Of a stretch of DNA of 54,327 bases, positions 18,216 through 26,609 are shown piece by piece. Position numbers and translations under genes: made by a program. This DNA is from a virus (lineage: Duplodnaviria > Caudoviricetes). Each line of letters starts with the position of its first letter. Position 1 is the stretch's first letter. The notes beneath the pieces are model-generated. The model saw only the letters and a program-made list of their open reading frames with translations, did no database searches and was not told the DNA's origin. The stretch covers positions 1 through 54,327 of IMG/VR virus record IMGVR_UViG_3300032246_002540. The stretch is one strand, 5' to 3'.

Positions 18216-18635
18216 ATGAACATCGACCTCAAGAAATATCAAGATTTCGTTCTCACCGTCACTAGCGATGAAAGCAAACACGCTTATGCTTTCCAGGAGC
18301 GATTCGAAGAACTATGTCAATACCAGACTGATCAGACCAAGATAAATCCCCCTCTCTTGCTTACCGCAGGCATCGGCTTAGTCAGCGAAACTGGCGAATT
18401 CAACGAGATCATCAAGAAGATGCTGTTCCAGGGCAAACCCTTGAACAAAGAAAACCTGTTCCATATGAAGAGGGAATTGGGCGACATCATGTGGTATTGG
18501 ATGAATGCCTGTACTGCTCTGGGTCTGGATCCCAACGAAGTCATAGATGAGAATGTCAGAAAGCTGGAAGCCAGATATCCAGGCGGTGTATTCGATGCAC
18601 ACTATAGTGAAAACCGCAAAGAAGGTGATTTGTAA
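18216..18635 (+). CDS. MazG-like NTP pyrophosphohydrolase
   Basis: GLVSETGEFNEIIKK, RELGDIMWY, NVRKLEARYP. Confidence 0.88.
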   Translation: MNIDLKKYQDFVLTVTSDESKHAYAFQERFEELCQYQTDQTKINPPLLLTAGIGLVSETGEFNEIIKKMLFQGKPLNKENLFHMKRELGDIMWYWMNACTALGLDPNEVIDENVRKLEARYPGGVFDAHYSENRKEGDL

Positions 18636-18868
18636 TGCATCCATTGTTAGCTGATCTCAGTGGCAAAACCACGGACGAAATAGTCAAAACAATGAATGAC
18701 ATCTATAAGCGTATGGCGTTTGCCAGCAGGACTGGCAACCAAAATATGATGAGCCAGCTGCAAAACATCTTGGCCAGTTACAAAGAAGAGTTTGGTAAAC
18801 GGCAACAGGCCGAAGTGAAGGCAGCAGAAGAAAACCCCATCTTTAAAGACAGTTTGGACATAGGCTAA
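18635..18868 (+). CDS. hypothetical helical protein
   Basis: Coupled by TAATG overlaps on both sides. Confidence 0.7.
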   Translation: MHPLLADLSGKTTDEIVKTMNDIYKRMAFASRTGNQNMMSQLQNILASYKEEFGKRQQAEVKAAEENPIFKDSLDIG

Positions 18869-19524
18869 TGACAGATATGAGTTGGAGCAGCACCTGGAGT
18901 TGCTGTAGTGTTATCGACGACTACATCGGACCCTGCTATTATGATGTGAACATCAGTTTCGAGATGTTAACAACAGATAACTGGGAACAAACTGTGGTGT
19001 TTGGACGTATTCGTAGTTTGATCAAAGATCTGTATCAGGATGGATTGTTCATCAGTCTGGATAATCCCTTGCTGCCTATCTTGAAGGAAAAAACCAAACA
19101 GTTGACAGTGACTTTTCCCACGGTGCCCAACGATCTGATGATCAGTCTGGCCACTTGGAAAAAGATAGACAGCATCTGTGAAGGCCGTGCCAGGGTTAAC
19201 AATGTCATGATCAGTTGTGATCAGAGCGACAATCTAACAGTGCATTACGATGAAGATTTCGCTCACAGCCAAGAAACCATCACAGAGTTCAATCTGATGC
19301 CCTGGCCCGAACAGGCTGCTTGGTGGTATCGTGCAGATTCAGGCGTAAGCGACTGGATGGAAACTGCCAAAGACAAAAACAAATTGCACGTGGAAGTCAC
19401 AGATTGGCAACCACTGCTACAGTGGGATTACAAGCTGGATAAAACCAAAAAGAAAAACACAGACAATGTGGTGCCCCTCAAAAAAACCTGGAAACCAGAG
19501 GTCATAAGCGGTGATAAAACTTAG
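18868..19524 (+). CDS. hypothetical protein
   Basis: 218 aa ORF, translationally coupled. Confidence 0.7.
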   Translation: MTDMSWSSTWSCCSVIDDYIGPCYYDVNISFEMLTTDNWEQTVVFGRIRSLIKDLYQDGLFISLDNPLLPILKEKTKQLTVTFPTVPNDLMISLATWKKIDSICEGRARVNNVMISCDQSDNLTVHYDEDFAHSQETITEFNLMPWPEQAAWWYRADSGVSDWMETAKDKNKLHVEVTDWQPLLQWDYKLDKTKKKNTDNVVPLKKTWKPEVISGDKT

Positions 19525-20032
19525 CACTGATCGATGCCATAGGACGGTGGCCACCGACTCGGAATTGGCCCAGCTGTTATACGAACATCCAAACATTAAC
19601 CTGCAAGCCATCAATGTGGCAGATCCAGAAAAATATAACGGTGCGATCGCTGGTTTGTATCTGGACTGGCCGCTATTGAAAAAAGCTGAGTTCTTGACAG
19701 ATAATCCACAGACATTCCATTCAGCCAATCAGCAGATGTGGCTGATGCCTGCGGAATATCAGGATCTGGACATCGCACAATTTGTACTGAAACAGTGTGC
19801 GGATCAAAATGAACTACAACGTGCAGGACAAGAGCTGTTGGAATATCAGAATCGTGATCTTTTCGGTATGTTGTGTTATCTGAAATATCTGGTAGATGTG
19901 GCAAAGGAAAACGATGTTGTCTTGGGAGTCGGCCGCGGTTCGAGTGTTGCAAGTTTTGTATTATACCTATTGGGGGTGCATCGTATTCATAGCTTGCGCC
20001 ATAATCTGGACTTTGCGGAATTTATGCGTTAA
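19511..20032 (+). CDS. short DNA polymerase III alpha (DnaE)-like fragment
   Basis: ELLEY..RDLF..L.YLVD...VVLGVGRGSSVASFVLYLLGVHRI; ends before the PDIDxD motif. Confidence 0.75.
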   Translation: MIKLSTDRCHRTVATDSELAQLLYEHPNINLQAINVADPEKYNGAIAGLYLDWPLLKKAEFLTDNPQTFHSANQQMWLMPAEYQDLDIAQFVLKQCADQNELQRAGQELLEYQNRDLFGMLCYLKYLVDVAKENDVVLGVGRGSSVASFVLYLLGVHRIHSLRHNLDFAEFMR

Positions 20033-20053
20033 ATATACGAAAGAGGATGAGAA

Positions 20054-20476
20054 ATGAGCATACACAGAACAGCCACCGGCAAGTTTATCGATATAAACGC
20101 TTTGAAAATACAACAGGAACATACCATTGCCGTGGGTAACGCTCGCACCAATGCCAGGGGAGATCTGTTGGGACCTGGTGGCCAGATCGTCAAGACACGT
20201 GATCAGATAATGACGGAATTCTACCAGGGCCAAGTGGGTAGACCCGCTACAAGCAGCCCAATCAGTCACAGCACAGAGCAGGCTCAAAGTCAGGCTGTGG
20301 CAGATATCTTCGCGGATCCAACGGAATCAGGTATGGATTTGATCAACAACAGTGCAGAAGTTCCCAATGAAGTGATCAGTCCTACCAATAATGCCACACC
20401 GTCAGGTGTGGCCGATGCCATCGCAAAAAGCGCAGAACTGGCTGCACGACTCAAAACATCGAGAAATCGCATATGA
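20054..20476 (+). CDS. hypothetical late protein
   Basis: TAAATA 20030-20035 and GAGG SD; AVGNARTNARGDLLGPGG motif. Confidence 0.7.
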   Translation: MSIHRTATGKFIDINALKIQQEHTIAVGNARTNARGDLLGPGGQIVKTRDQIMTEFYQGQVGRPATSSPISHSTEQAQSQAVADIFADPTESGMDLINNSAEVPNEVISPTNNATPSGVADAIAKSAELAARLKTSRNRI

Positions 20477-20865
20477 CACAAATCGAATTAATGAAGCAAC
20501 GCAGTAGTCTGTTGCATTATGAAACAGACTATCGCAAGATCACTCCCACCAAGGACAACATCCTGGTAGCTGATATGGACTTTGGTGAGCGTATCAGCAA
20601 GGGCGGTATCCTGATGATCGACGATGATAAAAAATCCCACGGCATCCGCCCCCGTTGGTGCCGCGTCATCGCCGTGGGTTACAAACAGGAAGATGTAAAA
20701 CCTGGAGAATGGTTATTGGTAGCACACGGACGCTGGACCCGTGGCCTGGATATGACCGACGAAAATGGTGAAACTGTGACAGTGCGCCTGGTAGATCCCA
20801 AAGAAATCCTGATGGCAAGCGACGAGATGCCCACAGATGATACTATTGCAAATACAATTAGCTAA
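20473..20865 (+). CDS. GroES-like co-chaperonin
   Basis: ITPTKDNILV, SKGGILM, VIAVG, VKPGEWLLV, EILM. Confidence 0.8.
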   Translation: MTQIELMKQRSSLLHYETDYRKITPTKDNILVADMDFGERISKGGILMIDDDKKSHGIRPRWCRVIAVGYKQEDVKPGEWLLVAHGRWTRGLDMTDENGETVTVRLVDPKEILMASDEMPTDDTIANTIS

Positions 20866-20893
20866 ATCAGCAGAAATGTGTTAGTATAAACTT

Positions 20894-21820
20894 ATGAAAA
20901 ATTATCTTTGGACTGAACGATATCGCCCACAGACTGTGGCAGAATATGTATGGCGTGATTCCGAACAAGAGAAACAAGTTCTCAACTGGATCACAGATAA
21001 AAATATCCCCCACTTGTTGTTTAGTGGGGGCCCTGGCACAGGCAAAACCACACTTGCCAAAGTGCTACTGAAAGAACTGGATGTGCAATCTTATGATGTA
21101 CTGCTGGTAAACGCCAGCCGTGACAACAATGTGGATTTCATTCGCGACAAGATCGAACGCTTTGTCAGCACTATGCCATTTGGATCATACAAAGTGGTGT
21201 TGTTGGACGAAGCTGACTATCTCAGTCCCAATGCACAGGCCGTGTTGCGTGGTCTCATGGAGACTTACAGTCTCAGCGCAAGGTTCATCTTGACTTGCAA
21301 CTATCCCAACAAGATCATTCCAGCATTGCACAGCAGATGCCAAGGGTTCCACATCGAGAAGCTGGATAAAACAGAATTCACAGCCAGGGTGGCAACAGTC
21401 CTGGTGACAGAGGGCGTGGAGTTCGATCTGGAAGTGTTGGACAGTTATGTAACTGCCAGCTATCCTGATCTGAGAAAATGTATCAACAGCATCCAGGCAG
21501 CTAGTCTAGATGGTGTGCTGGCATCGGTCACCAGCGATAGTGGCACCACCGCAGACTACAGATTGGCAGCAGTGGATATGTTCAAGGCCGGGCGCATAAG
21601 AGAAGCGCGAAAACTGCTTTGCAGCCAGGTACGTCCTGATGAAATGGAAGATATCTTCCGTTGGATGTATGACAACCTGGACTTGTGGGCACAGGATGAA
21701 ATGTTGCAGGACAAAGCCATCGTGATCATACGCAATGGGCTTGTTAACCATAGCATGGTGGCAGACACAGAGATCAATCTCAGTGCCACACTATGCGAAC
21801 TTGCAGAACTGGAAAGATGA
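20894..21820 (+). CDS. sliding-clamp loader ATPase subunit (T4 gp44/RFC-like)
   Basis: WTERYRP, GGPGTGKT, NAS, LLDEAD, SRC motifs. Confidence 0.93.
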   Translation: MKNYLWTERYRPQTVAEYVWRDSEQEKQVLNWITDKNIPHLLFSGGPGTGKTTLAKVLLKELDVQSYDVLLVNASRDNNVDFIRDKIERFVSTMPFGSYKVVLLDEADYLSPNAQAVLRGLMETYSLSARFILTCNYPNKIIPALHSRCQGFHIEKLDKTEFTARVATVLVTEGVEFDLEVLDSYVTASYPDLRKCINSIQAASLDGVLASVTSDSGTTADYRLAAVDMFKAGRIREARKLLCSQVRPDEMEDIFRWMYDNLDLWAQDEMLQDKAIVIIRNGLVNHSMVADTEINLSATLCELAELER

Positions 21821-22104
21821 TGGTCAAGAGTAATTTTTATATCGTAGCAACGTATCTGAGTGTGCCCAGGAAGGGCATCAAGACCGGCAAGCCCGAAATG
21901 CAGACCAACGAAGCCATCAGATGCACCAAGAACCTCAAGCGCAAAGACCAGACCGACAGCAGCGTGATACTGGACGTGGCTAATCAGCGTGTGATCAAGA
22001 ACCGATTCAGCGATACCCAGACTTTCGAAGAGTTATACCAGTATTACATCACCAATTTTGGCGACTACATCAATGAATGGCTAAAGCTACAGCTGGTAAG
22101 ATGA
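21817..22104 (+). CDS. hypothetical protein
   Basis: ATGA overlap with the clamp loader stop. Confidence 0.65.
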   Translation: MMVKSNFYIVATYLSVPRKGIKTGKPEMQTNEAIRCTKNLKRKDQTDSSVILDVANQRVIKNRFSDTQTFEELYQYYITNFGDYINEWLKLQLVR

Positions 22105-22427
22105 ACAGTATACTGAACGTTATACACAGTCAGTATAAAAGAACACGTAAACGCAAGTTTACTGACAGAGAAAAAGTATTACTAAGACCCCTGGCAGAAG
22201 TGGTGGCCATACTGGATGGCAATGCTTTCTGGGGGTTGACTATAGACGATGATGGCAATGATACCTGGTGGGAACAATACTTGCCAGAAGCCTGGATGAT
22301 ATATCGCAATAATCCAGCTGTGCTAGAAGGCACCAGTTGGTACAAAGATCATACACCGGAAAACGATACGGTTAAAGATGCTTATGACAACTGGCGCCTG
22401 TTAAAGATATTATCTAGAAAAAGTTAA
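22101..22427 (+). CDS. hypothetical protein
   Basis: ATGA overlap with the upstream stop. Confidence 0.6.
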   Translation: MNSILNVIHSQYKRTRKRKFTDREKVLLRPLAEVVAILDGNAFWGLTIDDDGNDTWWEQYLPEAWMIYRNNPAVLEGTSWYKDHTPENDTVKDAYDNWRLLKILSRKS

Positions 22428-23164
22428 ATGTCTCCATAAATTCGCAGCACTTCTTCAACGGCAGGATGTCTTTCGATATCTTTGCCTGTAAATTCTATGC
22501 ACCTGACGTATTCGCTGTCAGCGAAGTCTTCCATCAATTTGCTGAAATCTAGCAGTCCATTCTCGCCTTCCTTGCGATCGGTCTGCCTCACATCCCCCGT
22601 AACCAGTATGCGACTGCCATCACCTATGCGTGTGAGCAGCATCTTCATCTGATTGGGAGTGGCATTCTGCATCTCGTCTGCTATGATCAGACTGTTCTTG
22701 AACGTACGGCCACGCATGAAAGCCAGTGGGCATATTTCAATTATCTCATTTTCCAGCATTGTTGCCGACTCACGGGGAGTGTAATATTCGTGCAGCACGT
22801 CAAACAGGGGTTTTGTCCAAGGTTCCATCTTCTGTGTGAGATTACCTGGTAAAAAGCCGTGTTTCTCGTTTTCCACACCCACCGCTGGTCTGGTTACAAC
22901 AATCTTATCGATTTCTTTATTTTTCAGTGCTCTGATTGCTGCCTGCATCGCTAGCAGTGTCTTGCCTGTTCCGGCTGGGCCAGTGGCGATGATAACGCTG
23001 ATGCTGTTATCTAAAAGTAATTCCAAATATCGTTCTTGATTTAAATTCCTGGGGATTATCTCTACTTTTCGTTTCTTTTCTGGATATTTTAGAAAAGGTT
23101 CTATGTTAGTCACGTTGTTTTGAAATGAGTGGTTATTACTACGGTGCTTCCGCTTGTGCTGCAT
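22424..23164 (-). CDS. phoH: PhoH-family ATPase
   Basis: GPAGTGKT, TRPAV, GFLPG, AFMRGRTF, DEMQN, LLTRIG, GDVRQTD, RHPAV. Confidence 0.95.
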   Translation of the reverse strand: MQHKRKHRSNNHSFQNNVTNIEPFLKYPEKKRKVEIIPRNLNQERYLELLLDNSISVIIATGPAGTGKTLLAMQAAIRALKNKEIDKIVVTRPAVGVENEKHGFLPGNLTQKMEPWTKPLFDVLHEYYTPRESATMLENEIIEICPLAFMRGRTFKNSLIIADEMQNATPNQMKMLLTRIGDGSRILVTGDVRQTDRKEGENGLLDFSKLMEDFADSEYVRCIEFTGKDIERHPAVEEVLRIYGDI

Positions 23165-23198
23165 TTGATTTTTTCTTCAGGCTGGTTGTAGCCCAAAG

Positions 23199-23261
23199 TA
23201 TTTAAGATAGTGACCAGCAAGTTCTATATACAGACGTGACAGTGTCTGATCTGGCTAAATA
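23199..23261. promoter_or_regulatory. divergent late-type promoters
   Basis: TATTTA (minus-strand TAAATA) 23199-23204 towards phoH; TAAATA 23256-23261, 8 nt before ATG 23270. Confidence 0.5.
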
Positions 23262-23269
23262 TCCTTACG

Positions 23270-23872
23270 ATGAGTGATATTAAACGTAACTTAGAAAGCA
23301 TCAAAAAGATTTTCATGTCCGACGCAAGTCTGGATATGTTATGTGATTTTGAGCGTGTGTTGGACAATATGGACTTCTATGCGTTTCCCAACTGGCGTTT
23401 GGGAGAACTGGTGGAAGGTCCCAAGGTAAGCAAGTATTGGGTACAATGCACATTCATGTGGCCCAAGGATCGTATGCCAGATCCTGCTGCGGCCAAACGT
23501 CTGTTGCCCTACGGCGCCAGGATCACATATGAAAAGAAAAAAATCAAAGTACCAGTAAAGATCGAATCACCAGCTGATTATCGTCCTGGCAGCAAGAAAG
23601 GCAAGCTAGTGGATTTTCCAGTCTGGTATGTGGAAATGATGCTTCCTAAAAAATTGATGAGTGATATCAAACAGGGCAGTGTGGATATCGCCGGCGAAGA
23701 AGTGGATCTCAGCGATCTGCAAAACAGTATGGAAAAAGGCCTCACAGACCAGAGTGCTACCACTCAGCAACAGGGCCAGCCTCAACCCAATACTCCACAA
23801 CAACCACAAGTACCAGTACAAGGAGGCGGTCCAAATGCAGCACAAGCCGGCGCACCACCACCAACTTTCTGA
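23270..23872 (+). CDS. hypothetical late protein with Q/P-rich tail
   Basis: 200 aa; DFERVLD...MPDP; low-complexity C-terminus. Confidence 0.7.
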   Translation: MSDIKRNLESIKKIFMSDASLDMLCDFERVLDNMDFYAFPNWRLGELVEGPKVSKYWVQCTFMWPKDRMPDPAAAKRLLPYGARITYEKKKIKVPVKIESPADYRPGSKKGKLVDFPVWYVEMMLPKKLMSDIKQGSVDIAGEEVDLSDLQNSMEKGLTDQSATTQQQGQPQPNTPQQPQVPVQGGGPNAAQAGAPPPTF

Positions 23873-24374
23873 GGGTCTACAACAGGGTGATTTAAAATAC
23901 CTGGTTGACGACAGACTACATTTTGACGAATACAACAGCAAGATGGGACAACCCGCAGATGTGGTGACCATGAGCTTCAAAGTCCGCGACCTAATGCCAG
24001 CACAAGACCTGGTCAGTTTCCTGGAAAATGGTTATGATTGGGTGCTGGACGCAGACGTCAGCACAGGTGAAGTATCGGACAATAACCGTCTGGTATTCGT
24101 GGAAGCAGAACGCACCAGCGGCTTATACAAGCAGATACAAGAGATGCTTCAGGATTTGGATCATTTGACAGGTATCAAACCTGACAAATGGCGTTTCCGT
24201 TGGTTCAAGCAACGTAATTACGAACCCATGAACGAAGAAAATTTCAAAAAAAGCATACCCAGTACTCCAGAAAAATATATCGAGAGCGTCGACCACTTTG
24301 GTATAGTGGAAAAAAACAACAAACAGATCAGCGACGATCTTGATAGGATTAAAAAACTCAGTGGATTGATTTAA
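23835..24374 (+). CDS. hypothetical protein
   Basis: ATG 23835 after AGGAGG; QLSEGL near the N-terminus; ends RIKKLSGL. Confidence 0.65.
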   Translation: MQHKPAHHHQLSEGLQQGDLKYLVDDRLHFDEYNSKMGQPADVVTMSFKVRDLMPAQDLVSFLENGYDWVLDADVSTGEVSDNNRLVFVEAERTSGLYKQIQEMLQDLDHLTGIKPDKWRFRWFKQRNYEPMNEENFKKSIPSTPEKYIESVDHFGIVEKNNKQISDDLDRIKKLSGLI

Positions 24375-24773
24375 ATGTTCGGATTAAACTTTACCAATAT
24401 CATAGTGATAGGATTAGTGATCGCAGGTGCATTTGGTTATATGGTTTATAGCCAGAAAGAACGGGACGAACTCAATCAACAACTGGCGGCCAATAAATTC
24501 GCACTGGAACAAAGCCAAGCTACCATTGCCAAACAAAAAGCAGACCTGGAACAGGCTGCTAAGGTACTAGAATTAACCAACAAACAGATGCAGGAAGCCC
24601 GCAACCAGGTGGACAAACTGCACGACAAATTCAGCAAACAGGGCCGTGATTTTGGCAAGTTTGTGGACAGTCAGCCCGACAAAGCAGAAGATAAAATCAA
24701 TGCCGCCAGTAAAAAGAGCTGGCGCTGCATAGAGGAAACCATCAATAAAGGCGAGCACAATGGGGATTGTTAA
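24375..24773 (+). CDS. putative inner-membrane spanin (Rz-like)
   Basis: N-terminal TM, long coiled coil, C-terminal Cys; overlaps a lipoprotein gene. Confidence 0.65.
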   Translation: MFGLNFTNIIVIGLVIAGAFGYMVYSQKERDELNQQLAANKFALEQSQATIAKQKADLEQAAKVLELTNKQMQEARNQVDKLHDKFSKQGRDFGKFVDSQPDKAEDKINAASKKSWRCIEETINKGEHNGDC

Positions 24774-25173
24774 GTATATCGTATTAGCAAGTGTAGCTGT
24801 TGCTGTTGCAGGATGTCAAACAAACAGAGAACCAGCTACAGCAATAGTACAGGTGGAAAAGCCTGCTATCATGGTGCCAGCTGTGGACAATATCAAAATA
24901 CAGGATGCAGAATGGTATGTCGTTAAAAAGACTACGAGTCCTGATCAGGCAGGAAGTGCGGAAAAAGCATTTAGAGAAAGCAATAGCGATAGCTTGCTGG
25001 CAGTTACTCCCGATGGTTATGAATCCCTGGCTACAAACCAAGCTAACCTGGTTAAAATCATTCGTCAATATCAGGCCCAAGTCGCTGCCTACAGAGATTA
25101 CTACATCAAATCCACCACAGATGGTGGAACCAATACCCCAGCCAAGGATGCAAAAGATGGCAAATCCAAGTGA
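24760..25173 (+). CDS. putative outer-membrane spanin lipoprotein (Rz1-like)
   Basis: Lipobox VAVAGC, Pro-containing linker, overlap with the i-spanin gene. Confidence 0.65.
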   Translation: MGIVKYIVLASVAVAVAGCQTNREPATAIVQVEKPAIMVPAVDNIKIQDAEWYVVKKTTSPDQAGSAEKAFRESNSDSLLAVTPDGYESLATNQANLVKIIRQYQAQVAAYRDYYIKSTTDGGTNTPAKDAKDGKSK

Positions 25174-25717
25174 TGATGACGATGAGCCAACCGGCCCTGC
25201 TCGCATACTAGACGACGAGCGTGACGATTATGTGCCTCCAGCAGCCAAAGTAATCTCAGCATCTGGCAGCGATAGCGTGGAATTACGCAAGCTGGCACTG
25301 GAAGAAATGCGATTTCACCTGGAAGAACGCAAAGAGCTCCACAAGATGGAGATTGAAATGCGTAAAGTGGAACAAGAAGAAAGAGACAAAGAGCGTGAAC
25401 AATCACGCAAAGACAAAGAACAGGAAGCCAAAGAAGAAAAAGGCAATGAACATTGGGCTAAAAGTTTTTGGCGTCCTGCAATGGGCTGGCTGTATATGAT
25501 AATTTGCTTCATGGACTTTGTGGGTTTTCCAGTATTAACTATCTTTTTGCCTATTATATTCAAACCATTTGGTTTAACAATGCCTTACACTGCCTGGAAG
25601 AGCCTGACCTTGGACAACGGTGGATTGATCCACATCGCATTCGGTGCCATCCTGGGAGTGAGCGCATTTGCTCGCGGTCAAGATAAAGCGGCAGCGGGCA
25701 AATCTGTAACTAACTAA
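25157..25717 (+). CDS. putative holin (GTA 3TM-holin-like)
   Basis: WRPAMGWLY motif, hydrophobic segments, GAILGVSAFARGQDK; AAGGA SD; follows the spanins. Confidence 0.65.
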   Translation: MANPSDDDDEPTGPARILDDERDDYVPPAAKVISASGSDSVELRKLALEEMRFHLEERKELHKMEIEMRKVEQEERDKEREQSRKDKEQEAKEEKGNEHWAKSFWRPAMGWLYMIICFMDFVGFPVLTIFLPIIFKPFGLTMPYTAWKSLTLDNGGLIHIAFGAILGVSAFARGQDKAAAGKSVTN

Positions 25718-25721
25718 TGTT

Positions 25722-26579
25722 ATGACACATTACGACACTCTGGGTGTGGCCGAATCTGCCACACCCGAAGAACTCAAATCAGCATTCCGTAAATTGGCCA
25801 AGACGCATCATCCTGATCTGGGCGGCGACATACAAAAATTCCAACAGATCAACGAAGCCTATGAAACACTTAGCGATCCCGACAAACGGGCTCATTATAA
25901 CCATCAGCTGCGTAATCCACATCAAGGAAATCCCTTCGCTCACACCCATCATCACGGACATCCTTTCGAGTTTAATTTCGGTTTCGGACCAGGTCAGGAT
26001 CAGTTGAATGACATTTTCAGCCAGTTCGGATTCAATGTCAGACAACCTGCACGTAATAAAAACATACGCATACAGATAGAGTTGAGTTTTTTAGATACAC
26101 TGCAAAAACAAAACAAAGTCATAGAATATAAGACCACGAATGGCACTGAAAAATTACAACTGGATCTGCCGGCGGGCATAACAGACAACAGCAACTTCAA
26201 TATCCAAGGCCGCGGAGATGATGCCAACACTGCCATACCCCGTGGCAACCTGGAGATCGTGGTAAGGGTAGCCGGACATCCCAGGTTCCACAGGAATGGC
26301 GATAATATCATAGAAGATATAACCATAGACTGTTTCCAAGCCATCACCGGTTGTGTATTGAAATTAAATTTGCCCAGCGGTAAACAGATAGAATTAACTA
26401 TTCCGCCTGGCACCCAACACCAGAGCCAATTCGGCATCACGGATGAAGGTTTCCCCAGGAATAATGGCACCACAGGCAAGTACGTGGCCAGGATCAATGT
26501 GCTGATACCCACTGCGCTTACCCAAGACCAGCTGGATTTAGTAGCACAAATACAAAAAATCAAGCCAGTAAATACTTGA
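25722..26579 (+). CDS. DnaJ-class (CbpA-like) co-chaperone
   Basis: J-domain HYDTLGV..HHPD..FQQINEAYETLSDP, G/F region and C-terminal domain; no Zn fingers. Confidence 0.92.
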   Translation: MTHYDTLGVAESATPEELKSAFRKLAKTHHPDLGGDIQKFQQINEAYETLSDPDKRAHYNHQLRNPHQGNPFAHTHHHGHPFEFNFGFGPGQDQLNDIFSQFGFNVRQPARNKNIRIQIELSFLDTLQKQNKVIEYKTTNGTEKLQLDLPAGITDNSNFNIQGRGDDANTAIPRGNLEIVVRVAGHPRFHRNGDNIIEDITIDCFQAITGCVLKLNLPSGKQIELTIPPGTQHQSQFGITDEGFPRNNGTTGKYVARINVLIPTALTQDQLDLVAQIQKIKPVNT

Positions 26580-26603
26580 CAGACTTGATATATCTGTTAT
26601 ATT
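26576..26603 (+). promoter_or_regulatory. sigma70-type promoter for clpA (predicted leaderless)
   Basis: TTGACA, 16 nt spacer, TGT-TATATT, 6 nt before ATG 26610; TAAATA also at 26569-26574. Confidence 0.6.
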
Positions 26604-26609
26604 GGTAAT

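Noticed and set aside
24905-25156. N-terminal extension of the 270-aa holin ORF and a lambda-S-like dual start (MQKM, 25148/25157)
   Set aside because: The extension lies inside the lipoprotein gene; only ATG 25157 has a properly spaced SD, and the TM segments are far from the N-terminus.
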